NCBI GenBank assembly: GCA_012295275.1
Contig: CM022665.1
Span: forward strand, 1-64,000
Direction of reading: 5' to 3'
From: Chrysomallon squamiferum
Taxonomy: Eukaryota > Animalia > Mollusca
DNA: 64,000 nt
Numbering within the stretch: position 1 is the stretch's first letter; each line of letters starts with the position of its first letter. The translations under genes and the position numbers were made by a program. The notes beneath the pieces are model-generated. The model was not told the DNA's origin and ran no database searches. It saw only the letters and a list, made by a program, of their open reading frames with translations. Of the stretch, positions 38,509 to 49,656 are shown in pieces.

Positions 38509-39880
38509 ATGAGAAGTGATGAGAGAGAACAGCTGAGAAATGATAAAACGGAACAGCTGAGAAGAGATGAGACAGAACAGCTGAGAAGTGATGAGACAGA
38601 ACAACTGAGAAGTGATGAGACAGAAAAGCGGAGAAGTGATGAGATAGAACAGTTGAGAACTGATGAGACAGAACAACTGAGAAGTGATGAGATAGAACAA
38701 CTGAGAAGTGATGAGACTGAACAACTGAGAAGTGATGAGACAGAACAACTGAGAAGTGATGAGACTGAACAACTGAGAAGTGATGAGATAGAACAGTTGA
38801 GAACTGATGAGACTGAACAACTGAGAAGTGATGAGATAGAACAACTGAGAAGTGATGAGACTGAACAACTGAGAAGTAATGAGACAGAACAGTTGAGAAG
38901 TGATGAGATAGAACAACTGAGAAGTGATGAGATAGAACAACTGAGAAGTGATGAGACAGAACAGTTGAGAAGTGATTAGACAGAACAACAGAGAAGTAAT
39001 GAGACAGAATATTTGAGAAGTGATGAGACAATACAGCTGAGAAGTGAAGAGACAGAACAACTGAGAAGTGATGAGACAGAACAACTGAGAAGTGACGAGA
39101 CAGAAAAGCGGAGAGGTGATGAGACAACAACTGAGAAGTGATGAGACAGAACAACTGAGAAGTGATGAGATAGAACAACTGAGAAGTGATGAGACAGAAC
39201 AGTTGAGAAGTGATTAGACAGAACAACAGAGAAGTAATGAGACAGAACATTTGAGAAGTGATGAGACAGAACAGCTGAGAAGTGAAGAGACAGAACAGTT
39301 GAGAAGTGATGAGACTGAACAACTGAGAAGTGATGAGACAGAACAACTGAGAAGTGATGAGACAGAACAACTGAGAAGTGATGAGACAGAACAACTGAGA
39401 AGTGATGAGACTGAACAACTGAGAAGTGATGAGACAGAACAACTGAGAAGTGATGAGATAGAACAACTGAGAAGTGATGAGACAGAACAACTGAGAAGTG
39501 ATGAGATAGAACAACTGAGAAGTGATGAGATAGAACAACTGAGAAGTGATGAGACAGAACAGTTGAGAAGTGATGAGACAGAACAGCTGAGAAGTGATTA
39601 GACAGAACAACAGAGAAGTAATGAGACAGAACAACTGAGAAGTGATGAGACAGAACAGCTGAGAAGTGATGAGACAGAACAACTGAGAAGTGATAAGACA
39701 ATACAGATGAGAAGTAATGAGAGAGAACAGTTGAGAAGAGATGAGACAGAAGAACTGACAAGTGATAAGACAGAACAGTGTAAAGTAATGAAACAGAACA
39801 ACTGAGAAGTGATGAGACACAAGAGTTGAGAAGTGATGAGACAGAACAGCTGAGATATGATGAAACAGGACAGTGGAGAA
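38509..39880 (+). repeat. 24-bp minisatellite (GAGACAGAACAACTGAGAAGTGAT)n, ~57 copies, reading ETEQLRSD in the IAP frame
   Basis: Unit directly visible; the ORF track shows (ETEQLRSD)n on + and (LFCLITSQ)n / (SHHFSVVL)n on -. Confidence 0.97.
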
Positions 39881-40254
39881 GTTGTCGATTTGATAACGCA
39901 TTTACTCTAGAGAATCTGGCATATAATTATCAATTTAAATTGCGCGAATCCACCTGTGACAGGATTTCAGACAGTAGCGAAGGAACTGAATCCGAAGATG
40001 CGAGCACTGGTTACAGTCAGTCAGAAGCTGGAACTGTTGATAGAAATGAATCAGAACTGCTGAGTAGTGACATAACAGGATCACCTGTTTATGAAACAAG
40101 AGAAGTAATGCATGGAGACAGTTATGAGAATGAAGTAGAACAGGCGGGTTTCATGGAAACAGAATCAGAAATTGCTGATGATGAGAGAAATCAAACTGGA
40201 ATGACGAGAAATGATGAATTAGGGACAGAACATTTACACACTGTCAGACACAGG

Positions 40255-40458
40255 AGGGAGTGGGACAGATATGCGTCTTAGTTACAATTTCCTCTAACCT
40301 CAGCCTGGCCAAGTCGTCTTGCAGCTGCTGGATTCTACTTCACTGGGACTGGTGATCGCCTTGTCTGCTTCAGCTGTGGTCAGAGCTATGATCAGTGGAG
40401 AGCCGCAGATAACCCAATGGAAATTCACAGACAAACCTCTCCAAGCTGCAGATTTGTC
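40255..40458 (+). pseudogene. BIR (baculoviral IAP repeat) domain with a premature stop
   Basis: REWDRYAS*LQFPLTSAWPSRLAAAGFYFTGTGDRLVCFSCGQSYDQWRAADNPMEIHRQTSPSCRFV shows LAxAGFYFTG, the exact C-x2-C-x16-H-x6-C zinc spacing and terminal CxFV. TAG at 40279-40281 replaces the aromatic residue of RxxS(F/Y). Confidence 0.95.
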
Positions 40459-41515
40459 CTGCGAGAGGAAGGAAATGAACCGATTAGGCTAAGTGATAAT
40501 GATGAGCAGACTGTACAAGCATTCCTGGGCAGATTAACTGTACCAGTATCGGAATCTTCTGCTATTCAAAGTGACACACTTCGTAATCGGAGCGAGTCTG
40601 AAAGTTCAGTTAGTGACAATGAACTGTTTGGAGTTTCTGAAACACCAAGAAATAACGTCGATAACATCGTTACCTCTGTTGGTCATGAAAATACTGTCGT
40701 ATCTAACTTAGTTTGACTGGTACTGTAGCATCAGCTACTAATACCAGCTGTATGCCTACATTTACTGGTAATATTTGTAGTATACCCTCATGCACTTTTT
40801 CATCTACATCTACTGTAGACCTGAGATAACCCAATGGAAATTCATGGACAAATCTCACCAAGCTGCAGATTTGTCCTGGGAGAGGAAGAAAGTGAACCGA
40901 TTAGGCTAAGTGATAATGATGAGCAGAGACTACAATAATTAAATCTGAAGAAACGAGTGGTGAATTTACTGACGCAAAAAAATAGTACAAATAGCGCATC
41001 TGAAGGTATATTGTAGTTTTATTTCACTACATTTTATTAATTAATTTATTTATTGATCTTGTTATTACTGTTATTGTTATTACTATAGTTACATTATTGC
41101 TATATTTGTTCTTGTTCTCGTTGTTCTTTTTATTATTATTATTATTATTATTATTAATACCATTATTACGTTTTATTAATTTATTTTCTATTTTTATTTA
41201 TTTATTCATTCATTCATTCATTCATTCATTCATTCATTTATTCATTTATTATGTTGTAACTTGTTATGGTTGCTGTCATTGTTACTGGTGATGCTATCAT
41301 CATCATCATCATCATCATCATTATTATTATTATTACCTGATACACTTCGATAACAAAAAGGTAACGTAAGGAAGAACGAAAGGTACAACATTTTAATAAA
41401 TAGATAAAACATTTTGAAGAGTCAAAGTTACTTTTGTGATTGTGTCAAAGATTTTATACTTCAACGTATATAACTTTTTTATAACTAAAGAAGTATTTGA
41501 AAAATTGTGTTGCAA

Positions 41516-41586
<71 letters not shown>

Positions 41587-41832
41587 ACTCATAGAACTAA
41601 TTGTTTCAAACATATTGTGTAGCAAAGTACACACATTAATATTATTATTATTATTATTACTTTAAAACGAATTTTCTTGTTTCAAAGTTTATATCCTTCA
41701 AACTATACAAATTGTTTGATTTTAAAACTATATTGTTTATTTTATTAGTTTCAAAATATACGTAATATTTGACGTACAAAATTATCTTATTTTTATAACA
41801 TACTTTTTGATATTTAATACTTTCCTTCTCAG

Positions 41833-41999
41833 ATGACAATGAAGAACTCATCTGCAAAGTTTGTCTTGAAAACAGTGTCAGAATAGTTTTCCTACCCTGC
41901 GGTCATCTTTGTTGCTGTGAAGATTGTACGCCCAGACTGCAAAGATGTCCAATTTGTAGAGAGATAATCCTAGCCACTGTGCGAGCTTTCTTGTGTTAA
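41833..41999 (+). CDS. IAP-type RING finger terminal exon (intact frame) of the 38.5-42 kb locus
   Basis: TTTCCTTCTCAG| phase 1. Translation [55 protein letters not shown] keeps all eight zinc ligands and the C-terminal aromatic residue. Confidence 0.92.
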
Positions 42000-42984
42000 T
42001 CTTTTTCTGCACATTTTTATTATAAAATGTTTTAAAGATGATGTGATGAACTTTGATTCACCGGAGAAAGTTGTAACAAACAGTATTAATAGATTTGTTT
42101 GAGTTTCGCACTAACAATTTGAGAAATATGATTTGTGACTGTTACCCTAGATAATGTGTCTGAGCTATTTGTTTATGACTGTTTTATAATGTACATGAAT
42201 ACTAAGTGTGTGTAGTACAGTGATTTAGTTTATGAACCAAATACGCAAACAGTGTAAACAATGTCGAAAACCCAAAGTTAAAAATATATAACCCCAAAGT
42301 AAGTACATTGGAGTACGCATTATGGCCTTCACATTATTAGAAAACTATGAATTTGCTTTTTTAAATACTTGGGGAAATGTTGCGATTCCATAAAATTAAC
42401 AATTTTTTTACCTTCATTATTATTTTTTTTAATATTTAAATAAACAAAACAACAACAACAACAACAACAAAAAGTAAAAAAATAAATAAAATAAATAACA
42501 TTGATTAATTATCTGGAATTTCAACATTAATATTATCTGGTATATAAAGTATAAACGAATAAACCAGTGGCATTACGGATTATGACAATTAATTCATTGT
42601 TTCTGCCCATTTATATTATAAAATGTTTTTGATTATTATTATTATTATTTTTATATGACGATGTGATGAATTTTTATTTACTACTACTATTACTATCAGT
42701 ATGTCTGTGACAGTTAACAGAAATAGACAATTTATATATTCCGTTACTGTCACAAGGAGAAAGTTTGTATATTAAGTTATAAACATAAACAAAGACTGGT
42801 TAAAACCTGCCAGTGTCACAAATAACAGAAACAGTACAATTTATAATCCAATCTGACAAGGAGTTTAATATGTAATAAACATGGCAGATAAATTATTATA
42901 GCACAAAAAATAATAGCAATTAAACATATAACAAAGAAATATCCACTTGGAATTCTGTCGTGTACACAAAGGTTGTTCACTTTA

Positions 42985-43545
42985 CAACATGGTGGAAGCT
43001 TGAAGAAAATTAGCTGCAGTATTTTATATTTTGTTTTTAAATATTTTGATATAAATACGGTGGAAACAAATTAATACAGGACATGTTATAGGAGAGAATA
43101 ACCTGGATCTACGCCAGCAAATAAGAAGGAGGGACGGAAGAAGAAAGAAAACAATAAACAGTGGATAGAAACGAAAGAAAAAATGGCATCATCTTCTCCC
43201 ACTAGTGCGTCCGATACACAGTCACACATTTTATTTAGCACAGTATTCACTCGCTTGCCTGAATACAGAAATACCAATTTCAGCCTATGTTTCAAAAGCT
43301 AATTCCATCATGGACCAACCAGATATTTCAGAAATTGAATGAAATATCAAATACACTTCTTGCCATTTTGGAGAAGAGATGGTATTGAGAAATGATTACA
43401 AATTACTGAAACCAGTGTCAGTGATTTTAAAATCCAACTGCATGAAAGTAATAAGAAAATCTGAGAAAAATCTATAAATTTTGTAAACACTAGTTTTGAA
43501 GAAGCCCGTACGGAAAGAAATAATATCTTAGTTGCTCAGGTTGAA
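42985..43545 (+). mobile_element. Probable decayed LINE 5' end / ORF1 coiled-coil fragment
   Basis: Starts near AACATGGTGG. Broken frames read PSWTNQIFQKLNEISNTL..GIEK*LQITETSVSDFKIQLHESNKKI..KSINFVNTSFEEARTERNNI, resembling the heptad-rich ORF1 of L1/Tx1/CR1-group LINEs. Recognised by resemblance only. Confidence 0.45.
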
Positions 43546-43814
43546 TATTATAAAATGTAAAACATAACAGAATTTTTAGTATTTATAAATTAAGAAGAAT
43601 CTTTATTAAATATAATTTACTTTTTGAACACTGGCATTTAATTTTTCCATTGCTATTAATATTAATGAAATATATAAGTTGGTTTATTGATTGTTACTGT
43701 AGCTAGCTCTTTCTGATATTAGTATTTCCACAAAAAAAAAGTAATTTGGTAAAATGAGACGTACAGTTTGGTTTTACCATTTTGTTAAAAATGTCTGAAC
43801 ATTTTTGGTTTTAG

Positions 43815-44244
43815 GATGTTGCATGGAAACTGAATACCTTGTCTGAATAACATCATCTTTACCAAAACACCCAAACTTAGATTACTGTGAGTATCTTGAT
43901 TTTTTATCTGTTTTTATAAAAATCTTATAAATCTTATTGTTTCTTTATTTTTAACAAACACACACACACACACACACACAGATGATGTAAATATCAGCTT
44001 TATCCTGTGAAGGTTAGAATGCTGAATTGAAGCAAGGCTCTCCCAAAATATTTCTTTTATCCTGCAATCCTAAATAATACCAAAATTAATTTCATTTCTC
44101 AAATCACCAATACGAGACTAGTAAATTCACACAATTAAATGCAAAAGAAGTAAATTTGAATAATATATATGTAAATAGCAAGCAATTTATCAAAGTGCAG
44201 AGTTCTGTCCCATTAACCAATATGTTTGGTCAGTACCCCAAATA

Positions 44245-44278
<34 letters not shown>

Positions 44279-45415
44279 AATTAATAAATGGTCCATGTTC
44301 AAAATGTCCTAACATTTGTAAAACATTCCACATAGACTACGAAAATAAAGTAAAAAGGTAGAATTAAACAGCTTGTTAATATTTTTATTTTGAGCTCTCT
44401 CTATGGTAACCAGATCAGATGTATAACACAGGGAGCATTTGACAGACTTCATTACCTGTTAACACTGTAAGCAGACAAAGATAATCTCTGTTTATCCATC
44501 AGCAGAGTCACTCTCTCTCTCTCTTCAGTTCTAACTGGTCATCTTCACCATTGAATCTTTCATCTCTGATAAATATCTAATTACAACTGTTCAGATTATT
44601 CTCAGTCTAAAGCTTTTTCACTTTAGATGAACATTTGTGTTAAAATTGTAAATAATTTTGTCATAATATGTTTGTGGCTAGGTTGTTACAAAATGTGAAA
44701 TATTTGGTGATGCAGGAGAATTTCATTTATTGAATTATACTTGTTATTTTGTGTAAGAATTTATTAAATAGGTGATCATTGATCTGAAGTGACTTTGTAG
44801 GAACAGAAAAGTTAAATAAAAAAATGTAATATTATCTCATTAAGTCTTTTTCTCTTGCTGTCTCAGTCTATATCTTGTCTTTCTGTCATTCTGTCTCTCT
44901 CTCTCTATCTATCTATCTTTGTTTCTCACTGTCTTCTTATGATCATTAGATCAATTTTATATTCCCAGTTAACAAATGAAGAATTTTTATTATAAAATTT
45001 TCTTTGTTTCAGACAGAAATCTGACGGCAAATCCATTGAACTGTAACTGTCATCTGAGTGGTAGATATGTCATAACCAGAATGCCCACATCATGCCCCCC
45101 CCCCCTCAGTCTGGAAAACACACCCATTCAGCTGAAACAGAAAGATTTTGTTTGTGAAAAGAAAAGCATAAAATTATTTTGAATTTCCGTCATTTCTTTT
45201 GTAAAAAGAATGTTATTTGTTATTTTTTATTAGCTATAAATATCAATTTAACTAAAAGAAAAAGAAAACATTTGTTTTGCTATTCATTATAATATAAATT
45301 GTCACCTAGAACTTTATATCACATTTATATGAAATAATTTCCGGGATGTTAATGATAATCATGTAGAAGTGATTGACAATGGGGCATTCTGAGGAGCAGA
45401 CAAAATAACTGACCA
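43815..45415 (+). pseudogene. slit: slit pseudogene, third LRR domain exons (43815-43886, 44395-44466, 45017-~45158, 45344-45415)
   Basis: 72-bp phase-2 LRR exons MLHGN*IPCLNNIIFTKTPKLRLL and SLYGNQIRCITQGAFDRLHYLLTL, LRRCT exon NLTANPLNCNCHLS..ENTPIQLKQKDFVCE, and DVNDNHVEVIDNGAF*GADKITD. These match Slit D3 (MLRSNRI.C..., SLYDNQI...GAFD.L..L.TL, NLLANPFNCNC...DF.C). Stops, deletions and mutated splice sites are present. Confidence 0.88.
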
Positions 45416-45701
45416 GAAAGTGTTTTCTAGCAGTTTATTTTGTTTTTATTGGAGGATAATTCACTTCCTAAAATAAGGGGTCTGTGCTTTTAATATAAAC
45501 AGTATAAACAGTTATAGTTTCCTTAACTATAAAACATTACCTTAATCTTTATTTATCTTCTGAGATGACAATTTATATTATAATGAATAGCAAAACAAAT
45601 GTTTTCTAATATAGACACATAGGCAGACATAGTGAGAGAAAGACAGCGTGAAAAATATAAGACAGACAGAAACATGATATACACAGAAAGAAGAGAATCA
45701 G

Positions 45702-45780
<79 letters not shown>

Positions 45781-46296
45781 CAGTAAAATAAGGTGGGAAC
45801 ATTCTTACACTTCTTTGCACATTTAAATACAAAGTGAGAAAACACAGAAACATTTTAACAATATTTACAATGCAGCTGCAAAGACCTGAAACTTCACACA
45901 GTCAGAGTTCAAAGCAATTAGTGAGAGGTCAAATTAGGCAATTAGGCAACCATTTTGACAGTCAACATTCCGAGCTATGGTGAGTCAACTTAGCTGGGAG
46001 GAAAATGCAAAGGAAAGCAAGAACTGCCATTATCTGTACATGCCAGCTGTTAAATGTAGATCAACAAGGTATAGTGCAGAGCCAAACATATAACAGTGTT
46101 AAAGAAAAGAGTTGGTTATTTAATGAGAAAACAAACAGAAGTGTTAATGACACTTTGAAGAAAGTTAAACAATAGATATGTTAAAACTCTTGTTGTATGG
46201 CTCAAGTAAATACTTTGAGAGGATTTTTTTTGATTTTTTAAATGCAGATATATCTTAAAACACTGTAAGTTACCCAGTGTAATGTGTGTGTGTGTG

Positions 46297-46346
<50 letters not shown>

Positions 46347-46350
<4 letters not shown>

Positions 46351-46542
46351 GTTTACTTGATGATCAGGTTTCTTATGGTAACAGAAATTTAACTTTATGT
46401 GTTTGTGAATTTTTTTTTATATTTAACAAAAACAAGAATAAAATAAAATAAAAATAGTAATTACAGTTTAGTGCACCATTCAGTATGGATAAACACAAAC
46501 AAAAACATAGAGACATATATATAAAATTACAGAATCATGTGT

Positions 46543-46583
<41 letters not shown>

Positions 46584-46775
46584 GTTTACTTGATGATCAG
46601 GTTTCTTATGGTAACAGAAATTTAACTTTATGTGTTTGTGAATTTTTTTTTATATTTAACAAAAACAAGAATAAAATAAAATAAAAATAGTAATTACAGT
46701 TTAGTGCACCATTCAGTATGGATAAACACAAACAAAAACATAGAGACATATATATAAAATTACAGAATCATGTGT

Positions 46776-46805
<30 letters not shown>
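46347..46805. repeat. Tandem duplication of a 233-bp unit bounded by (CA)n tracts
   Basis: GACAGTTTACTTGATGATCAGG...ACAGAATCATGTGTG(CA)n at 46347 and again at 46580, apparently identical. Confidence 0.9.
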
Positions 46806-46808
<3 letters not shown>

Positions 46809-46832
46809 AAAAATAAAGTATAAAAGAAGTAA

Positions 46833-47140
46833 TAAATACCTTGATTTACTCAAATAAGAAACACCCTGATTTATTAAAGCATATAAACACCCTGATTTAC
46901 TAAAAACATGAAACACCCTAATTTACTAGAAACTGACTGATATACTAAAAACAAGAAACACCCCTTTGTACTAAAAACAGGAAACACCCTGATGTACTAA
47001 AAACAAGAAACACTGTGATTTACTAAAAGCAGAAACATCCCGATAAACTAAAAACTAGAAACTCCGATATACTAAAACAAGAAACACCCTAATGTACTAT
47101 ATAAAATAAAATCAAGTAATGCCCTCATTTACTAAACTAA
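46833..47140. repeat. Degenerate 26-bp minisatellite (AAACACCCTGATTTACTAAAAACAAG)n, ~11 copies
   Basis: AAACACCCT starts at 46859, 46885 and 46911 (period 26), with further degenerate copies to ~47140. Confidence 0.85.
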
Positions 47141-47237
47141 CAACATAAAACAAACAAGAATCCTATGATTTAATTAATTGTGGAGATAAACAGTTCTGGG
47201 AACATGGGAAGTTCTTTTGGAATGCTTTTTACCTCAC

Positions 47238-49609
47238 CTGGAACAGTCGACAGTTGTTCCCAGACTCATTTCTTGGGACATTCTCTGTCTATCATACAAT
47301 TCCCAGCATGCTTAGTTCTGTGAGACTCAGCACCTGTTACACAAAACAAAAACAATAACTTATGATTAATATCTGTATTGGACAAATAGTTATAGTAAAA
47401 AATAAGAGGAATGGATGTAAAGGTGGGTTTTTTTAAATTCCCCCCCCCCTTTTGTAGCAGCACATTGTTAATAAAAAAGAAATAATGGAACAAAAAAAAA
47501 AAAAAAAAAATATTTGAATATTAAAAATAAAATGTAAAAGTATTGTTTTATATATTAACAAAGAGATATTTTTTCATAATCTGTTTTTTTTTAAAGAACA
47601 AAATCTGTTTTCTCTGTATTGTTTAAAATAATAAAATATGAACTGTATACTATAAAAATGGAAACTATAAAAATTAAGCCTGTATCCTACATGCACTGTA
47701 TCTAAATAATGAAATAAATAATATATAAAATAAAGCCTAAGCTTCAAATCAAGCTCATAAAAGAGGAACAAATGAAAATAAAAGGAACAAAAATGATTAA
47801 AACTAAAAGAAAAGAAAATAAAATCTTTAATTTCGTATCAAATTTGCTCAAAGACAGCAATTAAAATGAAAAAGAAAGAAACAAATACATTTTTTTTTAA
47901 ATATATAAAAAAGAAGCAAAAAAGAAAAACAAGAATGAAATCATTAATGAAATAAATTTACAGGTTCTGATGAGAAAACCTAGTAGGGAAGGGATGTCAT
48001 AAAGAATAGAAAAAAATTAATACTAGAACAAAATCATTAATTAAATAAACTTGCAGACCATAATCAGAAAACCCAGGCAAGGGATTTCATACATGTTAAT
48101 TACTTAACTGAAAATAGAACAAAAAACAAAAAACTGAAGTAAAAACTGAACAGAAAAAGGAAAGGATAAATCATGTATAAGATAGACACCTTTACATCTG
48201 AACTTTGCAATTCGCACATGACCTGTCTTCTTGCGATGCATCCTGCAAGGACTCTTGCACCGGGCACCACTCATCTCTATGGGGGAGGGTGTAAAGATAC
48301 TCTGACAGCCAGTACAGGTTACAGTCACAGATAAACAGATTGCGAGCACGAGATCTGTAACTAAAACCGTCACTTTAAATAATGTCATAATACACACCTT
48401 TAGTATCTATGTGTAGTAAATAGTAATTTAATATACTATTACTGGTAATGATTAAATATTATATGATTGTGTGGTACTAACAATAACACAAATAAACAAT
48501 AAAACATTTGTAAATTCACATTAAAAAGTATCAACACTCAGACATTTACCTCAAAAACAATAAATTATTAATAATAATAATAAGAAGAAATAACTAATTA
48601 ACTAAATAAATAAACAAATAAAATAAATAATAATATTGTTTTAACGGTGTCTGACAAAAAAATACCATACAATACTTCATAAAAAACATATTTCAAAACC
48701 TCAAATAAATAGATTTTATATACACATAAATTATAGATACAGATATAGATCTACATATAGACAGATAGCTACATAGATTACAAATGTACTTATTAATATG
48801 AAGATTACTCTCCATGTGTGTTAATTAAACATGACTGAGTGATCTTGGGGAAAATCAGACTTCTAGAATCTTCATTATAAGTGATCAATGAATGAAGAGA
48901 TGATTCACAAGTGGAAGTTTTGTCTTCAGACTGCAACTTTTACCTGTTTTGTACATGGATAATGTGTGTCTGTGTGTCTGTGTCTGTGTGTATGTGTGTG
49001 TGTGTGTGTGTGTGTGCACACAAAGACAGACAGACAGACAGAGTGGATTGATAAATATAGATCTGTATTAGAAATCAGATAACTATTATCATTATCATTA
49101 TTGTTTCAAAATATTAACAATACTTACTGTGTCTAGATGTTAGTAAATTAGCCATTAACCAATGACTGGATCTTGTTATCATGCAGAGAACTGAAATAAT
49201 TAAAATAGAGATGTTTACACATTTATCTATATATATATGTTTAACAAAATCAGAATATTTTGATTGTGTATCTTTTATATAAAAAACAATAATGACAGAA
49301 GAAATACACATCCGGTAAAAACTATTTTGAATTCTTAAACTCAGGACATTTTTATTTCTTTCTTTCTTTCTTCTTTTTTTTTTTTTATTTTTGTTTTTGT
49401 TTATAATAAATTATGAAATTCAATTAATATTAATTTAAGATCCAAGTATTTCTAATTTTTATTGCAACAATTAGCAAAAATTAGAAAAAAAGAAAGAAAA
49501 AAAGAAAAATAAATATGTTACAAATTTTCTTTGTTTTTGTCTGATTCTATTTGTGTGTACATCTGTGTATGTGAGGCTATGTGTATATTTTTGCATGTGT
49601 ATATATATA

Positions 49610-49656
<47 letters not shown>

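Larger units (their letters stand above)
38498..41999 (+). pseudogene. IAP/BIRC-family gene (acidic repeat - BIR - RING), disrupted
   Basis: Phase-1 acceptor TTATAG| at 38497. One large exon with ETEQLRSD repeats, a BIR domain and a partial duplicated BIR, ending at donor G|GTATAT (41005). RING exon at 41833-41999. Lesions: TAG at 38977, 39215, 39599 and 40279, and frameshifts near 39125, 39780, 40712 and 40980. Confidence 0.85.

Noticed and set aside
38509-39880. 24-bp repeat as a CRISPR-like array
   Set aside because: Units are contiguous with no spacers.
38492-39901. 469-aa minus-strand ORF (LFCLITSQ / SHHFSVVL repeats)
   Set aside because: It is the antisense reading of the 24-bp minisatellite, which lacks stops in those frames. 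Splice sites, the BIR and paralogue homology all point to the + strand.
40279-40281. Recurrent TAG stops as programmed readthrough or an alternative genetic code
   Set aside because: The same locus also has frameshifts and an internal deletion, three TAGs are copies of one mutation, and the 63-kb paralogue has no in-frame TAG in ~289 codons.
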